DNA of 64,000 nucleotides from a virus. The stretch is taken from the IMG/VR virus record IMGVR_UViG_3300046804_002503, positions 1 through 64,000 of that record, one strand, 5' to 3'. The translations under genes and the position numbers were made by a program. Shown here piece after piece: positions 48,175-57,043 of this stretch. Under the pieces are notes generated by a model, which worked only from the letters and a program-made list of their open reading frames with translations, did not search any database and was not told the DNA's origin. Numbering within the stretch: position 1 is the stretch's first letter; every line of letters starts with the position of its first letter.

Positions 48175-48179
48175 ATTTT

Positions 48180-48353
48180 TTATTCGTTAATAAGTTGAGG
48201 AGGAATTGTAGTTTGATTTGATGTATTGTTATTGACTTCTCCTAAGGTAGACGGTGATTTCCAGTTAGCTTGAAGCCATTTAATTAAATCTCCAACCTTT
48301 TCAGAAGCAATAAAAAAGGTTCCGTAACCATCTATAGATACTTTTGTTGTCAT
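48180..48353 (-). CDS. Small hypothetical protein
   Basis: Likely start MTTKVSIDGYG at 48353; the longer track ORF overlaps the divergent + gene. Confidence 0.5.
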   Translation of the reverse strand: MTTKVSIDGYGTFFIASEKVGDLIKWLQANWKSPSTLGEVNNNTSNQTTIPPQLINE

Positions 48354-48390
48354 ACTTGTAAATATTATAATCAAAACTATATAATTCAAC

Positions 48391-48858
48391 ATGGATTCCT
48401 CTGACGAAATAGACAATATTATTAATGAACTCAAAGCAGACGCCATTCCATCAACTCACAATGTACCCGCTGTTCAAGAACCCACACCAGCTGTAAGTGA
48501 TGAAAATGTAAATGATTTTGTTTATCAAAAGACTGCAGAAGTTATTCAATCTGGCTTAGAAGCTATGAATAATTTAAAAAATACCTTTGCAATGGGAGCA
48601 GACCCTAAAGAAATAGCTGCCATGGCCCAATTAATGAATGCGGTTACCAAGGCTATAGATTCTATGAATAATATTAATCTACAGCAAAAACAAGCTAAGA
48701 ATGCTGTAGAACTTAAGAAATTAGATATAGCTGGTAAAAAGGAAATTATGTCTAAATTACCGCCTTCTAACAATATTTTAATAGCCACACGAGATGAGGT
48801 TATTACAAAGATGTTAGACAAACCTAAAAGAGATCGTATAGAATTGCTAGAAGATTAG
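48391..48858 (+). CDS. gp16: Terminase small subunit, T4 gp16-like
   Basis: Helical pattern VIQSGLEAMNNL...AMGADPKEIAAMAQLMNAV...NNILIATRDEV similar to gp16-family proteins. Confidence 0.6.
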   Translation: MDSSDEIDNIINELKADAIPSTHNVPAVQEPTPAVSDENVNDFVYQKTAEVIQSGLEAMNNLKNTFAMGADPKEIAAMAQLMNAVTKAIDSMNNINLQQKQAKNAVELKKLDIAGKKEIMSKLPPSNNILIATRDEVITKMLDKPKRDRIELLED

Positions 48859-49322
48859 TCTTGAGGGTCTTTAGGTAAAGATATGTTTCTGTCTTTGGCT
48901 ACCTTTTTCATTTTAGCCAAATAACTTTTCATAGATTCTGGTCTTTTTCCTCCGTGTTGGAAATCATTCTTTCTATGAACTAAATCTTTGTAAACTGCTA
49001 CAAATTTTTCTGGAGATAATTTTTCTAAATCTGTGTCTGTGTCCTCACCTGTGTATTTGTCTGCATTAGCTTCTAGATAATCTAGATAATCTTCAAATTT
49101 CTGTGCTAATTCAGGAGAAGATTTTTTATAACCCAATTTTGTCATTCGAGTCCAATTTAAAACTCTACCTAAATTTGCTTTGGATGGATTACTATTTAAA
49201 AACTTTTTGACATGATTTATCTTGGCATTTACGTCTTTAATTTTTTTAGCTTCTTCTCTTGTAACCTGCCAGTCTGTGTTAAATTTATTAACAGCTTCTG
49301 TAAAAAAGTTTTGAAAATTCAT
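48855..49322 (-). CDS. Hypothetical protein, possible internal head protein
   Basis: N-terminus MNFQNFFTEA resembles the T4 capsid-targeting sequence; preceded by TAAATATTTA at 49328-49337. Confidence 0.45.
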   Translation of the reverse strand: MNFQNFFTEAVNKFNTDWQVTREEAKKIKDVNAKINHVKKFLNSNPSKANLGRVLNWTRMTKLGYKKSSPELAQKFEDYLDYLEANADKYTGEDTDTDLEKLSPEKFVAVYKDLVHRKNDFQHGGKRPESMKSYLAKMKKVAKDRNISLPKDPQD

Positions 49323-49326
49323 AATA

Positions 49327-49863
49327 TTAAATATTTACTTCAAAGAAATAAGGAACGTCTCTTTTTGTCCATTTAGCTTTTACAATCTTAGACCCAAATT
49401 TAAATTCTCTTTTGCCTGCATTGTAATAATTTTGATACCCCTTTACTGGATTACCTGGCACAATGCATTGTGGAAATGACACTGCAAAGCATTGAGGATG
49501 TTCTGTCATCTCTCCGAGCGGTAAATCTGGAAGATTATTTCGAGACCAATCTATAAAATCTTTGCTAAAATGTTCTTTTTCAAATCTATACAATCTTTCT
49601 TGATATAAACCATCTAAATGATTAAGAGTCCACTCAAAATTAGCCGTGTTTGTCCTTACCCACTTAGTCATTGGATGATTATAATGTCCATGTTTACGCG
49701 GTGTGCCTTTTTGAGTACGCGGACAATCAGGTTGTGCTAGTCTATCAAGAGGATATGCAGCTGCTAACAACTGAGTACCTTCAATAATAATCTTGTTGAT
49801 ATGAAGATCTTGGTAGTACTGAGCAGCTATCTTAGGATCTAAGTCTAAAATGAACAGATTCAT
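49327..49863 (-). CDS. Pyrimidine-dimer DNA glycosylase (DenV-like) family protein
   Basis: MNLFILD.DP..AA....D.H..K...E..QLL, HYNHP.TKW.R, Y..RF.K.H; start at MNLF (49863). Confidence 0.75.
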   Translation of the reverse strand: MNLFILDLDPKIAAQYYQDLHINKIIIEGTQLLAAAYPLDRLAQPDCPRTQKGTPRKHGHYNHPMTKWVRTNTANFEWTLNHLDGLYQERLYRFEKEHFSKDFIDWSRNNLPDLPLGEMTEHPQCFAVSFPQCIVPGNPVKGYQNYYNAGKREFKFGSKIVKAKWTKRDVPYFFEVNI

Positions 49864-49864
49864 A

Positions 49865-50398
49865 TTATAGATTATCAAAATATTGCTTAATAATAGCAAC
49901 TCTTTCTTCTACACTTCCGTGCACTCTAGTTACTTTGGTGCAATCTTTTAGCATTTCTTGCATGTTTTTGTCTACGTTATGTCTGTATTCCTCATCTACC
50001 TTGCGATAACCATCTTTAGGCATATCAAATTCAATAGGAATATAAAAAATTTGGTCATATAAGTGCTTAAAATAATGTGTTTGTGTCGTAATTGAATGCC
50101 AACAGCTTGCGTCTACACCAGATTCCATCATATAAGCGCATCCATCTACTACACATCTGTCTGCAAACCAGTTATACGGACGAGCAAAATTGCTTACGTG
50201 ACTGGCTGTAACTACATATTGCACAAATTCTTTGCCATTATCATTAATAGCATATCCCATTTCTTTTAATTGTTTAGCATTGCTGCTATTATCTACTAGT
50301 TTTAGATTCCATTCCTCGAAATATGTCTTGATTGTCTGTAAGATAGTAGACTTACCCACTCCATGTGCTCCACAAAAAGCATATCTTTTCAAATTCAT
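49865..50398 (-). CDS. P-loop nucleotide kinase-like protein (AAA_28/NadR-type)
   Basis: AFCGAHGVGKST, ADRCVVDG, YDQIFYIP, DGYR. Confidence 0.8.
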   Translation of the reverse strand: MNLKRYAFCGAHGVGKSTILQTIKTYFEEWNLKLVDNSSNAKQLKEMGYAINDNGKEFVQYVVTASHVSNFARPYNWFADRCVVDGCAYMMESGVDASCWHSITTQTHYFKHLYDQIFYIPIEFDMPKDGYRKVDEEYRHNVDKNMQEMLKDCTKVTRVHGSVEERVAIIKQYFDNL

Positions 50399-50434
50399 AC
50401 CTTATATTAAGACATAAAACAAGGAAATCAAAGC

Positions 50435-50470
50435 AAAAAAAAACACCCACCTCGAAAGATGGGTGTTTTT
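50435..50470 (-). terminator. Rho-independent terminator after the major capsid gene
   Basis: Minus strand CACCCATCT-TTCG-AGGTGGGTG followed by T9; the UUCG loop is typical of T4-like terminators. Confidence 0.9.
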
Positions 50471-50490
50471 AGAAGGCCTAGTACAGTGGT

Positions 50491-51924
50491 TTACAGGTAG
50501 AGCTTGCCACTGGAATTGACGTTATCTGTTCCTAACCCCTTGACGATGATTAAGTGGTAGTAAAGGGAAGCGCCGAAGATGTAATCTACGACTCCGTAAC
50601 GGGTCATCAAGCCAACACGTGGCGAGAAGTCGTTAGGTCCGATTGTACGTTGAATCATCACAGGAATGTATGGGCAGTATACGATACCAGTATCATAGTA
50701 CTCTGTTCCCTTGTAACCCAATAAGGCATACTCCAATTGAGAAGAGCGTGTGCCGGCCATGGTTTGAGCTTCTGTACGAGTGTCACGGTAGACTGTGAAA
50801 CGTCCGCCAACTGAACCAACTTTGGCAATGCCGGTTGGTTGTGTGTTAACGTTGCCGTTTACAGGCATCCATTGAAACTCTGGCAACATCTCAAGAATCG
50901 CGCAGACGCGAGGTGTAGCAACGATAAAGTTGGCGGAACCTCTGCGGTTACGGATAGCGATGCGGTTTGCTTCAACGATTACCTTGGAATAGAAGTCGCG
51001 ATTACGCTCTCCTAACCAACGGGCATCAGCTGAAGCTGCATACCAGAAACTATACCCAGTACCTTGTTGCGCATTAATACAAATTTGAAGCATTCTGATG
51101 ATCATTTCACGGTCGATTTCGGCCTGAATTTCATAGCTCATCGCATTTGTTAATTCAGAATCGATATCGAGACCGTTCATGTTCTTCAAATCTTGCTCTA
51201 ATTCAACTGACCAGCGAGCTGCTAAACGGCGGGTGCCGGCTTCAACTGCGGTTTTGCTGAATTCAACAGTGATTTGAGGAATGTTACCAGTCAACTCAAA
51301 TTGGCTCAAGAGGGCAGCAATACCTTTATCCTCGTTTACGAAGTCGAAGTGTGTAGACAACCCAGTGAGTTGGCCTGAACTTGTTCCAGTAAAGCGAGTG
51401 TCGAGGCTTTGATAACCTAATTCGCCAGTGATGCCTGCTCTATTGAAGGCTCCGGTTGTGGTACTGCCGTTGGCATAACCATCAAGACCGTTAGCTCCCA
51501 ATGAAGTGGGCTCGTATTTATAACGCAAAGCAAATGCTAATCCAACTGGACCACTCATTGGTTGAACGCCAACGATTTCGTTGGTGATCAATTCAGGGAA
51601 GGTCCTGCGAACCATGGGGATTAAAACTTTAGGCAAACGATGATCGTTAGAAGCGTATGTGTCGGAAGCATACAAAGCACCGGCGTTAGCGCCTGTACCT
51701 GCAGAACCGAATATACCACCACCACCGACCGAGTTTTGAGCCTCGTTCAAACACCATTGTTCTTGGTTCTCCATCAAAATCGCCGTAGCTAAACGACCGT
51801 GTTCGCTCTCAATAGGGTTAACCTTATTGGACGAAAAGTCCAAAATGGGTGCCCACTTTTCGAGCAATTGGGACGCACGAGCTTGGTTGATGTATCCTGG
51901 AGAAGGACTAATATTGTTACTCAT
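50491..51924 (-). CDS. gp23: Major capsid protein, T4 gp23-like
   Basis: LLEKWAPIL, LIPMVRRTFP, GVQPMSGPVGLAFALR, RRLAARWSVELEQDL, EIDRE, YCPYIP, FSPRVGLMTRYG. Confidence 0.97.
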   Translation of the reverse strand: MSNNISPSPGYINQARASQLLEKWAPILDFSSNKVNPIESEHGRLATAILMENQEQWCLNEAQNSVGGGGIFGSAGTGANAGALYASDTYASNDHRLPKVLIPMVRRTFPELITNEIVGVQPMSGPVGLAFALRYKYEPTSLGANGLDGYANGSTTTGAFNRAGITGELGYQSLDTRFTGTSSGQLTGLSTHFDFVNEDKGIAALLSQFELTGNIPQITVEFSKTAVEAGTRRLAARWSVELEQDLKNMNGLDIDSELTNAMSYEIQAEIDREMIIRMLQICINAQQGTGYSFWYAASADARWLGERNRDFYSKVIVEANRIAIRNRRGSANFIVATPRVCAILEMLPEFQWMPVNGNVNTQPTGIAKVGSVGGRFTVYRDTRTEAQTMAGTRSSQLEYALLGYKGTEYYDTGIVYCPYIPVMIQRTIGPNDFSPRVGLMTRYGVVDYIFGASLYYHLIIVKGLGTDNVNSSGKLYL

Positions 51925-51984
51925 AGTTTTTATTACTGTGGATATATTTTCGAGAACCCGTCAATGAATTCTCCAACTTAAAAA

Positions 51985-52866
51985 TTACCGAATAGACTGA
52001 AGGACTTGTAAATATGGATTATTTACAACCTTTTGTGTAGATTCACTAAGTACTTGTGATTTAACTACTTTAGCGTCCTTAGTTACAGCAGTTTGTCTGG
52101 CAGTAGATGCCAAGGAAGTGGTTGCTGCTACTTCGTCTTTTTCAAACATTTCAACGACATAGTTGAAATTTTCAAGAATATATTCGGGAGATTTATCACT
52201 CAAAATTTTACCAACAAATTCTTTCTTAGAAGATGGCATGCCTTTAGTTTTTTGTTCAATCAACAAGGATGCTTTGGCTTTTTGAGCCTCAGCTGCTAAT
52301 GATTTCTTTTCTAAAGTAAGGGTTCTAACTTCATTTCTGAGAGAATCCAAAGCTTGTTTACCTTCTACAATGGCATTCTTAACAGGATTGCTTAGGGTAT
52401 TACCATCTAAACCAACAATTTTACGAATTTGGATCAATTGAGTTTTAGCTTGAACATTGGCAACTGCTTCTGCCAATTGTTCACGAGGAACAATCTTGTC
52501 TAAATAGAGGTCCAAATAATTGCTCATTTCCTCAACAATACGATCACTGAACTTTTCAGCTTTCTCGTTAATGGCTTTACGATAGTAAGAAACCAGTTTT
52601 AACAATTTTTGGGTATGATTTTCATTAATAGCCCTGACCACATCTTTTAATTTACCAGTGTGGTCTTTGTCTATTTGCTCAATCAATTGTTTTAATTTGG
52701 CAGCGTGATCTTCGTCCTGTTCTTTAAGTGCCTTCTCAACTAAAAGGTTAGCTTGAGCAGTTACTTTTTCATTAACAGCTGAATCAAACGCCGAAGCTAT
52801 GGCTGAGGCAGTTTCTTCACTAATTACACTTTTATCGAGTGAATTGATAATTTCGGCTATTTTCAT
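51985..52866 (-). CDS. gp22: Prohead core scaffold protein, gp22-like
   Basis: Coiled-coil, AFDSAV, MSNYLDLYL; lies between the protease and capsid genes. Confidence 0.8.
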   Translation of the reverse strand: MKIAEIINSLDKSVISEETASAIASAFDSAVNEKVTAQANLLVEKALKEQDEDHAAKLKQLIEQIDKDHTGKLKDVVRAINENHTQKLLKLVSYYRKAINEKAEKFSDRIVEEMSNYLDLYLDKIVPREQLAEAVANVQAKTQLIQIRKIVGLDGNTLSNPVKNAIVEGKQALDSLRNEVRTLTLEKKSLAAEAQKAKASLLIEQKTKGMPSSKKEFVGKILSDKSPEYILENFNYVVEMFEKDEVAATTSLASTARQTAVTKDAKVVKSQVLSESTQKVVNNPYLQVLQSIR

Positions 52867-52878
52867 ACAAAATATATA

Positions 52879-53094
52879 TTATTTATTCTTCTTAGGAGCC
52901 ATTTTAGATGATTTCTTTTTGTCATCTTTTTTAGCATCTTTTTTGGGATTCTTTTTGGCAGACTTGGCTGCTATTTTTTTAATTTTTTCTTTCATCTTTG
53001 CTTCGATGATTGTAGAAAGAGTATTGTGAGCAAACGCATACTGTTTTTCACAAATTTGAGCTATAAATTTTGAAATCAATTGATGGCTGTTCAT
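52879..53094 (-). CDS. Small Lys-rich prohead core-like protein
   Basis: 71 aa with a very basic C-terminus, between gp21 and gp22; preceded by GATAAATA. Confidence 0.55.
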   Translation of the reverse strand: MNSHQLISKFIAQICEKQYAFAHNTLSTIIEAKMKEKIKKIAAKSAKKNPKKDAKKDDKKKSSKMAPKKNK

Positions 53095-53127
53095 GTGTAT
53101 ATTAAGAATATTTATCTTGGTGTAGGG

Positions 53128-53805
53128 CTACTCTGCATTTTTTAATGCATTAATAAAAGAAATAATTTGTTCTTTTAAATAAAAGTCTAAATTCTTTTTT
53201 GGTAAGGTTTTAATAGACTTTTCAAATTTTTCATAAACAGGCAAAAATTCTCCTTTGTCGTCTAATACCCATTGTTTGGATTCTAAAATACCATTTACAA
53301 AAGCTGTAGGTACAGAGGGGTCTGCTACTACGTCTACTGCTACAATTCTAAAGTCTGCTACTTTATTAACTCCACTTTTGTCTGGTACTAATCTACCTAA
53401 AGATCTGCTAGACACTCCTAATTTGACTCCATCTAAAATTAAGGATCGAACTAATTGACCCATTGCATTGGATAATATTTTAGATTTGCCTTCAAAAATA
53501 TTTCCATTTTGTTTAATGTCTGTAATAAGATGACAAACTCTTTCCAAATTAATATCTGGAGTTTGTGGGTGATTTAATTCACCAGTTGCTCGGTTCTGGG
53601 TAATCATTTCTGTGCGATAACGATCTACCTCTTTTACCATTTCCTCTAATGGATAAATTCTTTTGTTTTTATTAGTTTCATTCGCCATTAAAAATGGTCC
53701 TTGAATGAACATATTAGAAGGAGTATTACGATTTTTTTCTTCTACCAAATATTTTACCTCGTATGTGGGCTCTTCTACTAGTAAACGATAGACATTATCA
53801 CTCAT
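53128..53805 (-). CDS. gp21: Prohead protease, T4 gp21-like
   Basis: IQGPFL, NKNKRIYP, GELNHP, GVSSRSLG, DVVADPSVPTAFV. Confidence 0.95.
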   Translation of the reverse strand: MSDNVYRLLVEEPTYEVKYLVEEKNRNTPSNMFIQGPFLMANETNKNKRIYPLEEMVKEVDRYRTEMITQNRATGELNHPQTPDINLERVCHLITDIKQNGNIFEGKSKILSNAMGQLVRSLILDGVKLGVSSRSLGRLVPDKSGVNKVADFRIVAVDVVADPSVPTAFVNGILESKQWVLDDKGEFLPVYEKFEKSIKTLPKKNLDFYLKEQIISFINALKNAE

Positions 53806-53823
53806 ATTAACAATTATACAAAA

Positions 53824-53831
53824 TATTTATA
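53824..53831 (-). promoter_or_regulatory. T4-type late promoter TATAAATA
   Basis: Exact consensus in the intergenic region upstream of gp21. Confidence 0.7.
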
Positions 53832-53860
53832 CCAGAAGGGGGTTGTATCAAGTATTTATT

Positions 53861-54337
53861 TTAAAAGTTGAGCAATTGATTAATTTTTTTCTCAGTTAAA
53901 ATAAAGAAAGTATAACCGTTTCTCTCACACCACTTACGCGCTGCTTCCCATTTAGCCATGTTTATAGCATATTGAGTGTGTTCGTATAATAAAGTTTTTT
54001 TACTTTTGTTAGGAGTTATAGTGGGTGGTAATGTATATTTTTCTGGTTTAATTTCTATTAATAATTTTGTTATAGAACCATCCTTTCTTTGTAAGTGAGC
54101 CACTACATCTACAAAGTAACGATGCAATTTTCCAGTTAAGTCTAAAGGAGATCTGTAAGGTATAACAACAGACTCTGAGCCCCAACTTATTACATGAGAG
54201 TTTAAATCTAAGTGTCGAAACACCTTTAATTCTAGACTAGAACGATATAAAATAGGCCAAGAACCTTTGTATTTGTTTCTGAATTGAGGCGTATAATTGC
54301 CTTGATTAAAATTACCGTTTTTGTTTAATCTTTTCAT
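53861..54337 (-). CDS. gp4: Head completion nuclease, T4 gp4-like (TnsA-like)
   Basis: KYKG...YRSSLE, WGSE...IPY.SP, HRYFVD, IEIKP, N.AKW.AA..WC. Confidence 0.9.
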   Translation of the reverse strand: MKRLNKNGNFNQGNYTPQFRNKYKGSWPILYRSSLELKVFRHLDLNSHVISWGSESVVIPYRSPLDLTGKLHRYFVDVVAHLQRKDGSITKLLIEIKPEKYTLPPTITPNKSKKTLLYEHTQYAINMAKWEAARKWCERNGYTFFILTEKKINQLLNF

Positions 54338-54339
54338 GA

Positions 54340-55719
54340 TTATCCTATAAAAAATCTTATAGGATCTCTGTCTATTTGATCTTGAGTAATTTCTTTTTCT
54401 AAGGCATCTCTTTCATTGACGCCTTGATTCATTAAATCTTGATAAGAAACACTTTGACCACCAAACAGGTTTGAACCACCGTATTTTCCTCTTACGTGTG
54501 CTACCGCTATTTTAGTTAAAGCTAAACTATAACGATAAACCCAAAGCTGATTAATGAGATCTTTTAAAGGTTTTTGTAACCTACAACCTACTACACCATA
54601 ATAGGTGTTATAAACACTGGGTTCTGGTACTAATTTAAGTATTTGATCTTCTGGATAAAATCTTAAATATGGTGTGGTTGCTAAAACCTTTTCTCGAGTC
54701 TCTAACCAACCCTTTAAAAATTGCCAAGTAATTAAGTCATAACCCACATTACCCAACAAGTGACCGAAATAAGCTTGTTGAGCTATAGTATGTTCAATGG
54801 TAAACAGTGTATTAACTCCGGAATTATTGCCTTCAGCAAAGGAATAAACATCTATTACTCGACGATAGTTATTTAAATCCATATCCCATCCAGCAGAATG
54901 CGTTAAATTGTAGACTGGATTGACGTCTTGACCGTTAACCACTACCACTTTATGAGAATTGGGTGGTATTGGTGCTTCAAATTTAATTACTACGTGAGAC
55001 TCGGAAGCATTTAAAATGTTAGGATAACTTAATTCTCCATTTTCTTGGTTAAAAACCTGAACTACAACATCTTTGTTATTTAAATTATGAAATACAGTAA
55101 ATTCATTGCTGCTGCCGTTACCTATAACTGAAACGTGTCTTAAAGTAGAAGAACCAGTTAATACAATTACTCTTAAAGAATTTAAAGGTATAGGTTGGTT
55201 AAATCTTAATATAGTAGTATTGCGTGAATCATTTATAGTTGTAGTATAGACCTGTTCATTAGTAACATTGTCATATATTTGTACAATAACATTTTGAGTA
55301 TCTAAATTGTGTTGTACAACATATTCAGAATCTACATTGTTGCCTATATTAGTCACATATTCACTAACGTCTGTAGCATTGCGAGCCTTGTAAGAAGCTG
55401 GAAAGGCTTGAGAGTCTGGATTAGCCGAGCTTTGTAGGTCTGGAGTAATGTTAATTAATCTACCTATAGGCAGACCCACTTTGGGTATATAAAGATCTGA
55501 TTTAAAAATTAAAAATTCTTCTGTGGTACCACTGAATTTAGTAAAAAACTCTATAGCTAAATCTATGGCTTCGTATATTTGAGCAGAACTAATTTCTATT
55601 TGTATTAATGGTTCACCCAAGGCTCTCCGTATGCGTTGAGCCAATAGATCATAACTCTTAATCTTAGAATTAAAAGTAGTACTACCGTGATAAGAATTAG
55701 GTATTACAGGTAAAGCCAT
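54340..55719 (-). CDS. gp13: Neck protein, T4 gp13-like, with a two-domain insertion
   Basis: RIRRALGEP.IQIEI...QI...ID.A; WVYRYSLALTK...RGKYGG...GG; internal tandem HNL domains. Confidence 0.85.
   Translation of the reverse strand: MALPVIPNSYHGSTTFNSKIKSYDLLAQRIRRALGEPLIQIEISSAQIYEAIDLAIEFFTKFSGTTEEFLIFKSDLYIPKVGLPIGRLINITPDLQSSANPDSQAFPASYKARNATDVSEYVTNIGNNVDSEYVVQHNLDTQNVIVQIYDNVTNEQVYTTTINDSRNTTILRFNQPIPLNSLRVIVLTGSSTLRHVSVIGNGSSNEFTVFHNLNNKDVVVQVFNQENGELSYPNILNASESHVVIKFEAPIPPNSHKVVVVNGQDVNPVYNLTHSAGWDMDLNNYRRVIDVYSFAEGNNSGVNTLFTIEHTIAQQAYFGHLLGNVGYDLITWQFLKGWLETREKVLATTPYLRFYPEDQILKLVPEPSVYNTYYGVVGCRLQKPLKDLINQLWVYRYSLALTKIAVAHVRGKYGGSNLFGGQSVSYQDLMNQGVNERDALEKEITQDQIDRDPIRFFIG
54935..55360 (-). 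repeat. Two ~74-aa tandem IGN..HNL..V.VQ domains inside gp13
   Basis: YVTNIGNNVDSEYVVQHNLDTQNVIVQIYD... and HVSVIGNGSSNEFTVFHNLNNKDVVVQVFN..., 222-bp period. Confidence 0.85.
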
Positions 55720-55759
55720 ATATTAATACTTACAAATATGGCCGATATAATTTGTATAC

Positions 55760-57034
55760 CTATCCTAAATAAGCAGCAGAATTAGAAATTACGTTGGTAG
55801 ATACATCTATCCAAGTAGCAGAATTAGATTGTATTAAGCTACTTTCTTCAATATTAAGATAAATTGATGAATTTGCTGCCAAGTTAGTAGAAGCTTCTAC
55901 TAAAGTGGCTGAAACATTAGACCAGCTAGAAGTTAAATCAGCCAATATAGCAGAATCTTGAGTGTTAAGATAAGTTCCAGAGTTGGAAATTAAATTAGAA
56001 GCAGCCTCTATCCAGGTAGCTGAATTAGACCTTAATACACTAGATTCTGAAGAATTGAGATACGAAGAAGAAAGCAAAGTTAAATTTGTATAAGCTGCTG
56101 TCCATAAATTAGAATTTGCCAAAACTGTCGATACATTGTTTTGCCAATTTGAAGATAAAGATCTTAAAACTGTAGAATCCTCAGCATTAATATAAACAGA
56201 AGAATTGGATATTAAATTCTGATAAGAAGATTGCCAATTTCCTGTGAGAGCTAATAAATTAGAAACATTATCCTTTTCAAAGGGATTTAAATATGAAGAA
56301 GACAAAGAATTAATATTTAAATAAGATTCTTGCCAATTGCTAGACAAAGAAAGCAAATTGGTAACTGCACTTTTTTCAAAAGGATTTAAATAAGAAGAAG
56401 ACAAACTAGATAAATTGCTATAAGATTGTTGCCACGCAGCAGAAGCTGATTGTAAAATAGACAATTTAGCAGTTTCTAATGGATTTAAATATAAAGCAGA
56501 ATTAGTACGAATATTGGTGGAAGAGTCTATTAAATTTGCCAAATTAGATTCAAAATATATTTTAAAATTATTTAAAGACGCACACAAATAATTCATGAAA
56601 TTGGTAAGAATATGAACTGGTGGACCCTCTTCACTGATTATAATAGCATCTGGATCATCTTCTGATTGAATTATTACTGTCTTATTCATGCTGGGTATGT
56701 CATTTTCTATTCTCCACAATCCTTGCATATAAGTTTTACGCTTACCATCAGGAAAGGTTATTCTTAAATTGTAGGAATAATTACCTATAGGCAAATCTAC
56801 AACGCGTGGTGGAATTGTTATTACACCTAAAGTGGGCAATGCTATGTAAATAGCGCCTGAACCTGATGTAAGTTTTAAAAATTCTGGACTAGAGTTGTTA
56901 TTGTAACTTTTTACAACCATTTCAACAACTGCTCCAGTCAAGTCTACAGGTTGGTTGTTATACTTGAATGTAATATTATTAATTCCTTTCCAAGTATCTC
57001 CAGTAGTATGAGGAGGAATGTTATAAATTTTCAT
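55760..57034 (-). CDS. Fibre/whisker-like protein: N-terminal BppU/Ig-like domain plus periodic S..W coiled-coil repeats
   Basis: GDTW...PVDLTGA...GNYSYNLRITF; YLNP[FL]E repeats with 99-bp period; SNSATW/LSSNW units; adjacent to gp13, as T4 wac is. Confidence 0.55.
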   Translation of the reverse strand: MKIYNIPPHTTGDTWKGINNITFKYNNQPVDLTGAVVEMVVKSYNNNSSPEFLKLTSGSGAIYIALPTLGVITIPPRVVDLPIGNYSYNLRITFPDGKRKTYMQGLWRIENDIPSMNKTVIIQSEDDPDAIIISEEGPPVHILTNFMNYLCASLNNFKIYFESNLANLIDSSTNIRTNSALYLNPLETAKLSILQSASAAWQQSYSNLSSLSSSYLNPFEKSAVTNLLSLSSNWQESYLNINSLSSSYLNPFEKDNVSNLLALTGNWQSSYQNLISNSSVYINAEDSTVLRSLSSNWQNNVSTVLANSNLWTAAYTNLTLLSSSYLNSSESSVLRSNSATWIEAASNLISNSGTYLNTQDSAILADLTSSWSNVSATLVEASTNLAANSSIYLNIEESSLIQSNSATWIDVSTNVISNSAAYLG

Positions 57035-57043
57035 ATAAAAATA

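Noticed and set aside
50401-50432. Sigma70-like promoter (TTGATT-16 nt-TAATAT on minus) before the kinase gene
   Set aside because: Plausible but an imperfect match in very AT-rich DNA; too weak to list as a feature.
53861-54337. TnsA-like nuclease as a transposon or homing endonuclease
   Set aside because: Motifs and position among head genes fit the gp4 head completion protein; no terminal repeats or other tns genes.
54340-55719. gp13 insertion as an intein
   Set aside because: No Cys/Ser start with His-Asn end and no LAGLIDADG motifs; it is a tandem beta-domain repeat.
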